Counted from the first letter of the stretch, positions 1 to 11,064 are shown. The stretch is DNA of 64,000 nucleotides from Cladosporium halotolerans (GCF_011745625.1 NW_027191469.1:248001-312000); one strand, 5' to 3'. Program-made: numbers and translations. The notes: generated by a model from the sequence alone, not told the origin.

Positions 1-2
1 GC

Positions 3-197
3 CTTGCTTCTCCGACGCGTGCTCCCAAGACTCCTGGCGGTGCTCGTTCAGGCAATGGTGTTGGCACCCTCAGCGTCGGCAAGCGCTCTTCGCCCAGCCG
101 TCGCAGCACAGAGGGCAAGACCAGCGTGCGAAAGACCAGCGGCCGTGTCGGCAGCATGGGTACGCAGGCGCTTAGCCGTTCCACCAGGGGCTTGTGA
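3..197 (+). CDS. Probable 3' end of a gene entering from the left edge (Ser/Arg/Gly-rich C-terminus)
   Basis: Frame 3 is open from the window edge: LASPTRAPKTPGGARSGNGVGTLSVGKRSSPSRRSTEGKTSVRKTSGRVGSMGTQALSRSTRGL, TGA at 195-197. T-rich 3'UTR-like sequence follows. Family not recognisable. Confidence 0.45.
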   Translation, partial: LASPTRAPKTPGGARSGNGVGTLSVGKRSSPSRRSTEGKTSVRKTSGRVGSMGTQALSRSTRGL

Positions 198-911
198 GCG
201 CCCTGAAACGGCACGATCGTCCGAAACCAGTCGGGCGAAGGCGTTGATTTTCTCTGATTGATTCACGACTAGCGAGCGGGCACGAATGGTTACGCTTTCC
301 ATCTACCGCTGTCTGGGTTTTCCGTATTTTACTGGCATGGGGTTCTACGGTTACGGGGGAAAGGCCTGGAGTCCTTTCGGCGGCGCTCTATCCGCGAGCA
401 CGGGGTTTTCTGCTCCTGGGGTTGTTTCTTGCTCTCCTCACGTTCTGTTTTTCGAGACTTCCTTTTTTGATTCCCTCCTTCCTGTCTCTTGTCTGGTTCT
501 TTCGAGAGTCGGCAGGAACTGAGAAAGCGGCATGGCGCGAGCATTCGAATGTGCACTGCATTTTTGCGGGAGCTTTGGCTTCTTCGCTCATGGGTCGGTC
601 GGTCAGCCAGACCCGGCACTGTATGTAAAGAGAACGACATCTGCATCCTGATGGCGTGCATTTGGGAGCGATTGCAGGCTTATGCATACTACACGAGAAA
701 GACAAGCAAAATCTTCGAACTCGTTTTCTTGACGGTCCCCTCCCGTTTGGACGTAAAGCCCCACTTCATCATCAGTCTGTTTACCTCGGTGCTCTACTCT
801 GCGGAGAGATGACATACCAATGGGTTCGCCCTTAATTAAGGATCAATCGTTTTTTATCGGTAAGACAGATTCACAAATCCTCTAACCCCAACATCAACGC
901 GAACACCCAAA

Positions 912-1817
912 ATGATCGACTGCACAGTTCACCTCCTCTCCCTCGACTCCTCCCTCTCCTCCAAAGACGCCGCCACCCTCCTCTCAAAGGCACTCTCAAC
1001 ACCCACCACCACCAACCCACTCCTCGTAACCGGCATCCCGCACGGCTGGATCCACAAACCACACGTCCAAGACGCCGCCCTCCTCCTCGCGCACGACTGG
1101 CACCTCTTCGCCCTCACCTCTCCTCCCCCAAACACACCACTAAACCTCACCGCAACAAACAACTCCATCCTCGCACACGCCACAATCGCCATCTCCATCC
1201 CCGAAACCCAATACACCGCCCTCCTCACCACCCGCAACTCACCCCCAACCCCCCTCCCAACAACCCCTCCGCTCCCCGCAGCCTGGCACAACCCCCAAAC
1301 CAACACCCTCTCCATCCCTCCAAGCGCCATCGCCCCAAAAACAACAACAAATCCGACAAGCACCACACGCCCCGCTCCCGGAACTCTCAACCTCGACAGC
1401 GAAATGGCCTCCTTCCTCTCCTCCCTCCTCCCCTCCCCCGCCTCTCAAACCCCCATAAGCCTCTTCAATCTCTTCCAGTACGCCCGCGCAGACTCCACGA
1501 CCCACGACGCCTACATGTCCCAGTTCAAATCCACGTTCGGCGACTCCGCCGGCGCGAGCGTCAAGTTCATGGGGCCCGTGAAATCGCCCCTGGCCCTCTC
1601 CGTCTCCCCTCCGTCGTCCTCTGAGGGCGAGGGTCAAAACCAGGCTGCGCGGGGCCAGGGCTGGCAGGACGCGAACCTGGTGCAGTACGACAGTGTCTGG
1701 CACTACGCTTGGATGCTTTCGACGGGGGAGTATGCGGAGCTGAATCGCGGGAAGGTGGAAGGGTTGGCGGATACGGGCATTTTGGGGGTGGGGGAGTGGG
1801 AGGTTTGGGGGCTGTGA
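912..1817 (+). CDS. Conserved fungal hypothetical protein with C-terminal DUF1330-like dimeric alpha-beta barrel domain
   Basis: Intronless 301-aa ORF with ATG in CAAAATG context. N-terminal CTVHLLSL..GWIHKP..HDWHLF and C-terminal PISLFNLFQY..AYMSQF..GASVKFMG..WQDANLVQYDSVWHYAWMLSTGEYAELN match the pattern of this fungal family as I recall it. Confidence 0.7.
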   Translation: MIDCTVHLLSLDSSLSSKDAATLLSKALSTPTTTNPLLVTGIPHGWIHKPHVQDAALLLAHDWHLFALTSPPPNTPLNLTATNNSILAHATIAISIPETQYTALLTTRNSPPTPLPTTPPLPAAWHNPQTNTLSIPPSAIAPKTTTNPTSTTRPAPGTLNLDSEMASFLSSLLPSPASQTPISLFNLFQYARADSTTHDAYMSQFKSTFGDSAGASVKFMGPVKSPLALSVSPPSSSEGEGQNQAARGQGWQDANLVQYDSVWHYAWMLSTGEYAELNRGKVEGLADTGILGVGEWEVWGL

Positions 1818-2060
1818 TGACCTCGAGGGTTCCAGTTGACTGGGGAGGGGAAGAGGCGGGGGACGGGGAGGGTTCATGTGATATACGGTCCTGGATGATC
1901 ACGGGCGACAACGAACACGTCGGATTCGAGGTCCTGCGGCAACGAGTTTCGACGAGGCTGATGTTTTCAAGTTCGAGAACATTGCATTGAGGCCTGGAAA
2001 CATAGACCTGTTGCGCATTCGCCAACTCAGCCTTTCAAGAGCATCGATCTCGTCAGTCGA

Positions 2061-3357
2061 TCAAGCGGAGACCGTCGCGCTCTTGTCGACGACCCCTTTC
2101 TCCGAGGCTCTGAGCTGCTCTGCTGCCGCCACAGCCAATTCCTCCGACCTCGACTTGCTGTTCGGATCAAGATACGGCACCTCGCCGATCCCAACAGCAC
2201 GGTGGCCGAACCGCTCGCCCAAACCGTCATAGTCGAACGTCGCGCTGTGGAAGGCACTGCGGTTATCCCAGATCGCTGTAACAAACCATCAAAGTCAGCC
2301 AAACAATCCCACAAAAACGCCCACCAGACAATCTCGCCAAAACTCACCAATATCATTCTCATTTCTCCACTTAAACCTCACCGTCAAATCATGCGCGTCC
2401 AGAATCCTCCGCCTGAACAACCCCAACAACTCCTCGCTCTCCTGCCCCTCCAGCTCATTAATCCACTTCGGAAACGGCCCGATCGCGAAAAGGCTCTTCC
2501 ACCCCGTGACCGGGTTCGTCCGCACAACAGGGTGCACGGCGCTCAGCTCCCTCCCAACATTCGCCGGCGCCCCGCGCGGCCCCTCGTGCACGACGACCTG
2601 CTCCGGATTCGCCGCCGCGGCCTTCAGGAAGCCGTCGCCGACAAACGTCGCCGTGAGCCCTTCCAGGAAGCGCCGGTAGGCGGGCGAAAAGCGATCGTAC
2701 AGCTCGTAGCCGCTGGCCCAGAGCGTGTCGCCTCCCGAGCTAGGCAGCTGCGTCAGGCGCAGAGACGTGAAGTCCGCGGGCACGGGCTCGAACTGGATGT
2801 CGGAGTGCCACTGGGCGGAGTCGTAGCGGCGGGGGCGGGAGCGGGAGCGGATTTCGTGGGCGAAGAGTTTCTTGCGCGCGAGGGAGGAGATGGTGCTGAT
2901 TTCGGCGTCGGCGAGGCCGAATTCGGAGGTGCTGTTGAGGATGGGGTGGGTGTGCAGGGTGCTGGTGGGGGGTTTATTGGTTGCGAGGCCGAGGGAGTGG
3001 ATGAGTGTTTTTTGGAGGGCGTCGGTTAGGTTTGTTTGCGAGCGCAAGAAGACGACGCCGCGTTGGGAGACTGGGATGCGGGGGTTAGAGGGGTTTTGGT
3101 GGAGGGTGGGAGTGGTGAGAGGGACTTGTGATGGCTAGGTCGCGGAGGCGTTCTGATGAGTTCGAGGCGTTGAGGATGTCGTCGACGAGGTTTAGGTCGG
3201 GGTATTCGCGGCCGATGACGGGTGTGGTTTCTTCGTGTTTGAAGTGGTCGAGAGAGTCGGAGAGCTTTAGAGGTTCGGGGTATGACTTTTTGTCTGTTGT
3301 ATTTCCGATAGAGGCATCTTGCTGCTGCACGTCGTCTGAAACAGCACCTGGAGCCAT
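2061..3357 (-). CDS. TauD/TfdA-family Fe(II)/alpha-ketoglutarate-dependent dioxygenase (JLP1-like sulfonate dioxygenase); exons 3357-3126, 3070-2348, 2275-2061
   Basis: Spliced product contains TPVIGREY, ISQRGVVFLR, WHSD (HxD), GGDTLWAS, HPVVRTNPVTGWKSLF and AIWDNRSAFH (distal His). Introns 3125-3071 and 2347-2276 have CTAAC/CTGAC branch sites and CAG acceptors. Confidence 0.9.
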
Positions 3358-5022
3358 ATTGAGAGAAGGGGTGTATGCGAGGAGTGGTGCTTAGCAAACT
3401 ACAACCAACCCGATCGAAGTACCTTAGGAATGCTTCCAACCCAATATAAATGGATGCTCAACTTCAACCGGCATCCTTCGACCCCGCCATTGCAGGCTCC
3501 ATGTTGCAATGCATCGGCGGGGTGCACCATAGCACGCAATCAAGCACATCATAGCCGAAGACGAAGCATTAAGCCGCCTCGCCACGCAACCGTCTGCATA
3601 GATTGGCCGAAAATCAGCGCTTATCTGCAGTAGACGGTGAAGGATGGTTGGAGTCAAATGCTTAGGCGAGGTTGAAGTATGCCGTGTTATCCGTTGAGGA
3701 GACGAGGTCTCAATGACCCCAACCCTAACCCTGGTAAGTGCCACTGATATGGTGTTGGGGTTTCAAATGCCTTTTGATCATTAGAGCGTTCCGATGGTCC
3801 AATGTTCTCGAATTAGTATCAGGTATTGCTATTGGGATCATGGCTATGGCGTTTAAATGGCCATTCCTTGGTAATCACACTGCCTCGTTGTTTGGTTGGG
3901 GCAAAGCGACAAAGACGCCGCTCCACCGTTTACAACTTTCCTTGTCATCGTAGCAATCCAAAGTTAGTCCAGTGACCATTGCTACATATATTCACAACAT
4001 CGGTCAACTCATCTATTATCCTTCGCCATGTGCTCCGGAGCTCCACTCGACCTTAGAACCCAGAGGTCATCCCTCCAAGCGATTGAAGACGTGGGCATCT
4101 AGGCTTCTTGATCCTACGAAACAGCCATCCTGTCCCTTATTGTCAAAACGAGATAAGTCAAGAAAACGCCAGAGCCGAAGGGATGAGGCAAGGATAGCTC
4201 CATTCACGTGTCTCATGCCGAGTTGTAGTGTCGAGGTATTTTCGAGCGATTCGTACAACCCTCCATCCAATCAGACGGCATCAACGCCCGGCCCACACCG
4301 CAGACGACATCCATGCATGCCGTACACACTCACCTCTTACCACCCAACCAGCGCAGTCCAACAGCGTCGAACAAAGCCCTGACTCTTCGAGTTCGGAAAA
4401 CCAAGTGCAATACACCGGCCAAAGATTCATCTGACACCTCGCACAGCATGCTATTCCACCCCAATCAACCCCCAAACCAGAACCCCAACTCCCCAAAACC
4501 CTAGCGCCTCGCACGCCATCTGTCGTGACAGCTACAGCCCACCTTTCACCACCTGCCATCCTCGAACCCTCAAATCAGAACCCCTCCTTCCCCGACCTCG
4601 CATTCCAGATCTATTCGCCGCGTCGCATGGCAGCAACGTGCTGCCGCCCCGCTTGGCGCTCGGTGGTATTGTAGTTGCGATGGCGATGTCGTGATTTCGA
4701 TGAGAGCTTGGGGAAGAGGGATGTTGGCCAATGGGGCGGCTTGAGGAGAGGGGATCATCGTGAGAGGTTTAAGACGTGATTGTCGCGAGTGCCGACGTGC
4801 CGGCTTAGGTAAGTAGGCGTCGACGGTAGATAGGTAAATGGGACTCCACGGAGGGAGGAATTTATATAAGGCGTGGTATCTTTGATCCTCGCTCGCGCTC
4901 GCTGCTACCTAACCACCTGCCTCCAAAGGCACCGACCTGATCACCTCCCCTCCGCACTCCCAAACCCTCGCCCAGCAGACGGACCCTACCACCTGCACCG
5001 AATAGAATCATCATCCTCCACC

Positions 5023-6204
5023 ATGGCGCCCGCCCTCCTCTCCCCCTCCACCCCCACCGATCGTTCCTCCGAAGAACAACAAGCCACAGCCCTCTACAAA
5101 AAAGACAAACTCCAGAACGGATCGTCCAAAGAAGCCTTCGCCCAATCGACCGCCAGCACAAACTACGCGGCCGAACTGCACGGGACCGCCTCGCACGCCG
5201 CCGCCTCCCACCCGGAGTACCTCCCCTACTGGGACGACGTCAAGTACCCGCCGTACGAGCCGTTCGAGGCCGTCGAGCGCGGGCGGGGCGCTGACCCCAC
5301 GTTCCCGAACTTATTGAAAGGAGGCGATGGGGAGGAAGGAGTGCAGGTGCGGGACCTGACGGCCAACATCGGCGCCGAAGTAACCGGCGTGCAACTATCC
5401 GGGCTTGACGAGAAAGGCAAAGACGAGCTCGCGCTCTTCGTCGCGCAGAAGAAAGTCGTCGCCTTCCGCGCCCAGGACTTCGCCGACCTCCCTATTCAGC
5501 AAGCACTGGACATCGCCGAGTCCTTCGGCCCATCACACATCCACCCCGCCAGCGGCGCGCCGAAGGGCTTCCCCCGAGTGCACGTCGTGCACCGCTCCGC
5601 GGCCGACACTACCGCGAAAGACTTCTTCTCGGAGCGCACGAACAGCATCACGTGGCACAGCGACGTGACGTACGAGCTGCAGCCGCCGGGCACGACGTTC
5701 CTGTACTTGCTCGACGGGCCCGCGGCGGGCGGCGACACGCTGTTCGCGAACCTGGCCGTCGCGTACGAGCGGCTGAGCCCGGCGTTCAAGGAGAGGCTGC
5801 ACGGGTTACAGGCAGTGCACTCGGGGCACGAGCAGGCGGGCGCGGCGCTGGCGCGCGGCGGGACCGTGAGGCGGGAGCCGGTCGCGACGGTCCATCCGGT
5901 GGTGCGCACGCATCCGGCGACGGGCGAGAAAGCGCTGTTTGTCAACCCGCAGTTCACGCGGCGGATCGTGGGGTTTAAGAAGGAGGAGTCGGACTGCTTG
6001 CTGGGTTTCCTGTACCAGCATATTGCGCTGGGCGCGGATTTGCAGGCGCGCGTCAAGTGGGAGGAGGGCACGGTGGTTGTTTGGGATAATCGGGTGACGG
6101 CGCACACGGCGATTTTGGACTGGACGGATGGGCAGAGGAGGCATTTGGCGAGGTTGACGCCGAGGGCGGAGAGGCCTTTTGAGACGCCGTATGAGGGTGC
6201 TTGA
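5023..6204 (+). CDS. TauD/TfdA-family alpha-ketoglutarate-dependent sulfonate dioxygenase (JLP1-like), intronless
   Basis: ATG at 5023 (CACCATGG), TATATAA at ~4863. Motifs LTANIGAEVTG, KVVAFRAQD, WHSDVTYE, GGDTLFAN, HPVVRTHPATGEKALFVN, VWDNRVTAH, RHLARLT. Confidence 0.93.
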   Translation: MAPALLSPSTPTDRSSEEQQATALYKKDKLQNGSSKEAFAQSTASTNYAAELHGTASHAAASHPEYLPYWDDVKYPPYEPFEAVERGRGADPTFPNLLKGGDGEEGVQVRDLTANIGAEVTGVQLSGLDEKGKDELALFVAQKKVVAFRAQDFADLPIQQALDIAESFGPSHIHPASGAPKGFPRVHVVHRSAADTTAKDFFSERTNSITWHSDVTYELQPPGTTFLYLLDGPAAGGDTLFANLAVAYERLSPAFKERLHGLQAVHSGHEQAGAALARGGTVRREPVATVHPVVRTHPATGEKALFVNPQFTRRIVGFKKEESDCLLGFLYQHIALGADLQARVKWEEGTVVVWDNRVTAHTAILDWTDGQRRHLARLTPRAERPFETPYEGA

Positions 6205-6279
6205 GTGAGGCGAGGTGGTGAGAGGATGGGGTCTACTGGAGGATTAATCTGGTTCGGTATATATGATGATATGAAGAAT

Positions 6280-6357
6280 TGTTGAAGCATTCTGGAAGTT
6301 CGTGGCCGATGAGATAAAAGGCATGTTGATGCATTGTTGAAGTTCGTGGCCGATGAG
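6280..6357. repeat. Imperfect tandem duplication, period 44 bp
   Basis: tgttgaagcattctggaagttcgtggccgatgag at 6280 and tgttgatgcattgttgaagttcgtggccgatgag at 6324, with an identical 19-bp core. Confidence 0.8.
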
Positions 6358-7585
6358 GATCATTTTACTATATGTCCATAATAAGATGGCTGACCTGTAG
6401 ATTGGCTGCTTGAATATTGAGCAGCTCTTGGAGTCAACAGAGTACGATAATAAATCCTCGACCTACCTGTATCGCGCAGACACGACGACAAGCCTTAACA
6501 CTGCCGTAGAGAAGACGCGACGCAACACCGCGAGCACGGCTACATCGCGGACGACACTCCTTGACCGTGACACAACATCCCGTCAACAACAAATGTCCGG
6601 TGGTACAGGTGAGGTCTCTCCATCCCAGGATAGCCTCGTAAGTCTCTCGTATGTGCGTCTGGCACTGACCAGCGGCCGATGCACATCATCGGTGGCTCGG
6701 GCTCCGAGACAAACGGGTTCCAGAGTTTCAGCATCTGCACGACGCGGAACGATGAGACACTGAACGGAATGCGCGGGCGTCGGAGAAAGGCGAACCGGTC
6801 CTTGGGGGATTTGCGCGGCCAGCTGGTGCTGTGAAGTCTAGAAGCGCGACTACTGCGGGCGAGGGCGGTGGGTACCTGAGGCTGTACATAATTTGGACGA
6901 TGGTCGGCAGCGTGTTGGGCGAGCAGCAGTAATCCACCTCTTCAGGCTTGCGCGTGCAGGACGGCAGGTGCCCTGGCGGGTCGCGTGTCTGCGTTCGGCG
7001 CGCGGTACGGTAAGGCGGCGCATGCGCAAGTGTCAGTAGCGCTGGACGGTGGCTTTGGGCAATAATCAATTCGGCGGGTCAGGAGGCAGCGTTTGGCCGG
7101 TGCGTGCAGGGGATCAGTGCGGCAGGGCAGGGCATTGGTGCAGCAGCCGCAGGGCTGGTGGCATCGGCAGGCCAGACGCGCGAACCGTGGGTCGCTCTGC
7201 GGCGACAGGCGTCTAGCGCGGCGCGCGAGGTGCAGTCTGGCTCGGGCGGTGCAGGGGTTTTGCGTGCTGGCCTGCGGACGTTGGTGTTGCAGGACTCAGG
7301 AGGTGAGGTGCGGTGCGGAGACGGCGAAATCGATGTGCGACGTGCGCTGCGGGTGGGCATGGCGAAATGCACTATTGGGAGATGGTATGGGATTGATGAG
7401 GGCGAGGACGATAGCCTGGTGCACGGTGGTGCTCCAGTATGTATGTAGTATAACGGTGTATGCCAATTGCTAGCAGGACGGGTAGACAGTCTCATGTCAA
7501 CCGTCGACTCGAGCACGCAAGCATCCCAGGCGTTGGCTTCAGCCTTCAGCATCAATAATAATCAGCCCTCCCATGCCACGCGAGA

Positions 7586-7625
7586 GCACACGCACGCACG
7601 CACGCACGCACGCACTCGCACACGC
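7586..7625. repeat. (CACG)n microsatellite upstream of the Q-rich gene
   Basis: gcacacgcacgcacgcacgcacgcacgcactcgcacacgc read directly. Confidence 0.8.
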
Positions 7626-8685
7626 GCAACAATACAGTAAGAACAATCTCCTCAGGGCCTGGCTGACCTCTGCCCTGCGCCGCGGAGGAGGCAGCAGCAA
7701 CTCCACCCGGCCAACCCACCAGCAGACGCAGGTCTACGCTACCGCCCGCCGTCACCTTTTTCCCTCCAGCAGCCGCCTCCGCTGATTCGCTGCAGCCGCT
7801 GCCTGACGCCGCCCGCGCCAAGCTGCCCCTGTCGTCGCGCCTGGCCCTCCCATTTGGTCGCCTCTGCTCTCCACCGCCGCTCGCTGCCTCCTGCTACTCC
7901 TGCTCGCTCTCCTCCTCTCCACCACGAGACCCTCCACTCATCACTCCCTCCTTCGCCCGCCGCCCTGTCCGTTGCCAGCATCCTCTCCGACTCTATCGTT
8001 CCTTCTGCCATCCTTTGCGCCCGCTGCACATTCTGCCTGTTTGTTTGACACCGCGCGCCTTGTCCGCCCGTCGCCAGACCACCGCGCCTTAATTCTCCCC
8101 GACCGCCCGACCACGCCTCTGCACGCGACCCGCTTGACAACGAGCACGGCCTCCTTGTCACCGCTGCGTCAGACTACTCCTCCTCCTCCTCCACCACCCT
8201 CATCCATCTGTCTTGGCTCGCCGCCCAGCCAGCAATCCGCGCCCGCACCGTGAAGAGCTTGCTCTCAGCGCTGCCCTCATCGGCGTCACCCGGACAAAAA
8301 GCTTGCAACCGCACCACCACCACCACCAACAAAGAGCTCGGACTCGGTATACCCCAGCGGTGTATTTACAGACAAAGAACATCCCCACCACCGCCACGCG
8401 GCTCGGACCAGCTTCTTCAAAGACCACACCTTTCTAATCCCATAATCTGCATATTTGCTGTTCGCTTTCACCCAGCACTCTAATTTCGGTGCCTGCTCGC
8501 CGGAACAAGTCGACTCCGCTTCTTGCCTCGCCTTCTTCCCGCCCGCACGCCGACCCTCATCCGCTTCCTTGACAGCCTAGCATTGGTACCTCTCTGCTTC
8601 ACTTTCAACCGGACGGCCACCTTTTTGATTTTCGCATTTACGACACTAGACGGATACCAAGCTTCATACGATCCCAGAAAAGAGC

Positions 8686-10314
8686 ATGGACACTGGCGGT
8701 CTCGCTCAAATGACTTACAACAACAACAATAACGGCTTTTCTACCACAGGGCTCAACGCCCCGGCCTCTGGCTTCGGCTCCCGTGGTTCCCGCTTCAACT
8801 CCAAGAGGTTGAGCGTAGCGCTCCCTCCCAAGGTCGGCTCCATCAGCGAGCACGCTGTGGACGTCCCCACCCCGCGCACCAGCCGCTCGCACCTGCTTGC
8901 CGGCCTGCGCACCCAGCCCAAGACTCCCTCAGTCCCGGCTTCCGCTCCTTACAACCAGTCTCAGCACCACGTCCCGCAGTGGGCTGACAACAGGTACAAC
9001 GCCCACCAGCAGGGTGTGCCTCAGACTGCCACCGGCGCTGGCTTCGACATGTCTCAGCAGTACGCTATGAACGCCGCGCGTCAGATGTACTCTCTGCCGG
9101 AGCAGGTCCTGGCACCTCCGACATACGACCAGGCTGAGGGCATGGATCAGGCAACTCTCGAGCAGCTGCAGATGACCAGCCTCTTCCTGGCCCAGCGTCA
9201 GCAAGAGCTTCAGCAGAAGCTTGCCGCTCTGTCTCTCCAGCCTCAGCCTCAGCAGCAGCCTCAGCAGCAGCAGCAGCAGGTCAACTACGGCCGTGGACAG
9301 TTCTCCCAGGCCCAGCAGCAGCTGCAACAGATGCAGCAGATGCAGCAGAATGTCTACAACCAGCAGCAGCAGGTCCAGCAGCCGATCGAGGTCCAGCCTG
9401 GCGTCTACCTCGTCTACAACCCAGCTACCCAGGGCTACACCTACGCTGTCGACCAGAGTGTCCAGCAGCAGGTCCAGCAGACCATGTCTCCGCCTCAGCA
9501 GACTCAGGCCCCTGCCTACTCTCACATGAACACCCCGAGCTTCAGCATCTCTCCTCCGCCCGCGGAGAAGACTCGTTCCTTCACTCCCCCGAAGAAAGCG
9601 CCCTCTCCGCCCACCACCCTTGAGAACGTCGAGCCTCTGCCGCCGCCTTCTGCGAACGCTTTCCGCCGCGGCCACAAGAAGGCCTCTTCTCTCGCCATCA
9701 ACCCTGCTGTCACCGCTCCCGAGGGTCCCAAGACGTCTTCCGCCGCCGTAACTCGCAACCAGCGTTCCGTCTTCCCTCCTACGCCTATGACCAGCACTTT
9801 CGGCCCTGGCGCCGCCCGCGCTGGCGACCACCCCATGCGCCAGCCTCGCGGCCCTCCCCCGATCGAGGAGCTCACCTCCGCTCCCACCAGCAAGCACGAA
9901 GGCAGCAAGAACTTCGCGCAGCGCCAGCGCCGCCGCGCCCTCGACAGCCTCCTCCGCGCCGGTACCATGCGCCGCGGCGTCAACGGCTCCCCTCGCGACA
10001 GCCCCGTCAGCGAGAGCGAGTACCACCTCCCCATCTCAGCCGAGCCCGAGGACTTCCTCCCCTCCGGCAACAGCAGCCGCAAGATGAGCCCGATCGGCTC
10101 CGAGATGAAGGCCAAGCGCGGCAGCCAGGACTCCGCCGACGGCTACTTCGGCCTCAGCAGCGCCAGCAGCTCCGAGGGCGAGGAGCTCACTTCTTTCAAG
10201 CAGCCGCCCACCCCGGCCACGCCTGTTGGCGAGGCGCCTGTTGGCGGCGAGAGGAAGAAGATGATGCTGGGCGTGCTCAATGCTGCTGAGAAGAGGCGCA
10301 GCTTCGTCTTGTAG
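8686..10314 (+). CDS. Conserved Pezizomycotina Q/P-rich intrinsically disordered protein (542 aa), function unknown
   Basis: Long intronless ORF with strong C-ending codon bias and poly-Q tracts. Conserved-looking blocks PTPRTSRSHLLAGLRT, FRRGHKKASSL, RQPRGPP..EL..PTSKHEGSKNF. Followed by a long T-rich 3'UTR. Confidence 0.85.
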   Translation: MDTGGLAQMTYNNNNNGFSTTGLNAPASGFGSRGSRFNSKRLSVALPPKVGSISEHAVDVPTPRTSRSHLLAGLRTQPKTPSVPASAPYNQSQHHVPQWADNRYNAHQQGVPQTATGAGFDMSQQYAMNAARQMYSLPEQVLAPPTYDQAEGMDQATLEQLQMTSLFLAQRQQELQQKLAALSLQPQPQQQPQQQQQQVNYGRGQFSQAQQQLQQMQQMQQNVYNQQQQVQQPIEVQPGVYLVYNPATQGYTYAVDQSVQQQVQQTMSPPQQTQAPAYSHMNTPSFSISPPPAEKTRSFTPPKKAPSPPTTLENVEPLPPPSANAFRRGHKKASSLAINPAVTAPEGPKTSSAAVTRNQRSVFPPTPMTSTFGPGAARAGDHPMRQPRGPPPIEELTSAPTSKHEGSKNFAQRQRRRALDSLLRAGTMRRGVNGSPRDSPVSESEYHLPISAEPEDFLPSGNSSRKMSPIGSEMKAKRGSQDSADGYFGLSSASSSEGEELTSFKQPPTPATPVGEAPVGGERKKMMLGVLNAAEKRRSFVL

Positions 10315-10951
10315 TTTCTTATTTTACTGTTTTATCTCCAATAAATCGTCACATGGGGAAATCGGGAAGGCCATCTGATATCTCTTATCGAAAGACTAGA
10401 TCTTCCGATTCGACGCTGGATGGGATGGAGGGTCGGGTTGGTCGATGGCTTCGAGACGACGACTCTTACTTATGTTCTTATTCTCCTTTCTTTTTTTTTC
10501 CTTGTTCGCTTCGATCCGAACGGGGGGGTACGAATTCCCTTTGCCTTTCTTCATCTTTTCATCTTCACTTTGTCACCAAACTCTTATTCTTACGAACGGC
10601 CGATCGACTGATTGATTGAGATGGATTGGAGGTTGGAGAGAGAAAACCGATACAACTACACAACCAAAGAAACGAACGAGCTTCTCTACAGAGTTCTCTC
10701 CGCCAACGCCAACGGCAGGCGCGGTATCTTTCACCAGGCACATCACTCAACATCACAACAGAAAAAGATCTCGAGAGAGCATTCTTCGCTGCGCGAATCT
10801 GCTCTTACTGTTACTCTACCTTTCTCCGCCAGAGTGCGCCACGTTGGTTCTCTCTCTCTCTCACGCGCGGCACGTTGATGGACGGACGAACGGACGGACG
10901 GTCTACTTTGTTCTGTATTGGAATTGGAAAGCCCACGAGAGCCTTAGGTAT

Positions 10952-11064
10952 TCTTACTCTTACTCTTACTCTTACTGGGGGGAGATGGAAAAGAAAACGG
11001 AAATGAAAAAGAATTATTAGCCCAAAGACCCAAGGCTTTTTTCTGATTTTTTTTTTTTTTTTTT
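10952..11064. repeat. (TACTCT)n microsatellite and poly-T tract in 3' flank
   Basis: tcttactcttactcttactcttact at 10952-10976; T run at ~11047-11064. Confidence 0.75.

Noticed and set aside
4873..5022. 50-aa N-terminal extension of the second TauD from a GTG
   Set aside because: Begins right at the TATA-like element; the ATG at 5023 has a good Kozak context and fits the family start.
3358..5022. CYS3/MetR (ATGRYRYCAT) sites in the TauD shared promoter
   Set aside because: Only imperfect matches seen (e.g. ATGTTGCAAT near 3501, ATGTCGTGAT near 4686); not enough to call.
6280..6357. CRISPR-like repeat-spacer appearance
   Set aside because: Only two copies, eukaryotic context and no cas genes; a simple local duplication.
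8929..10026. 365-aa minus-strand Leu-rich ORF
   Set aside because: Antisense of the poly-Gln gene (CAG read as CTG); not an independent gene.
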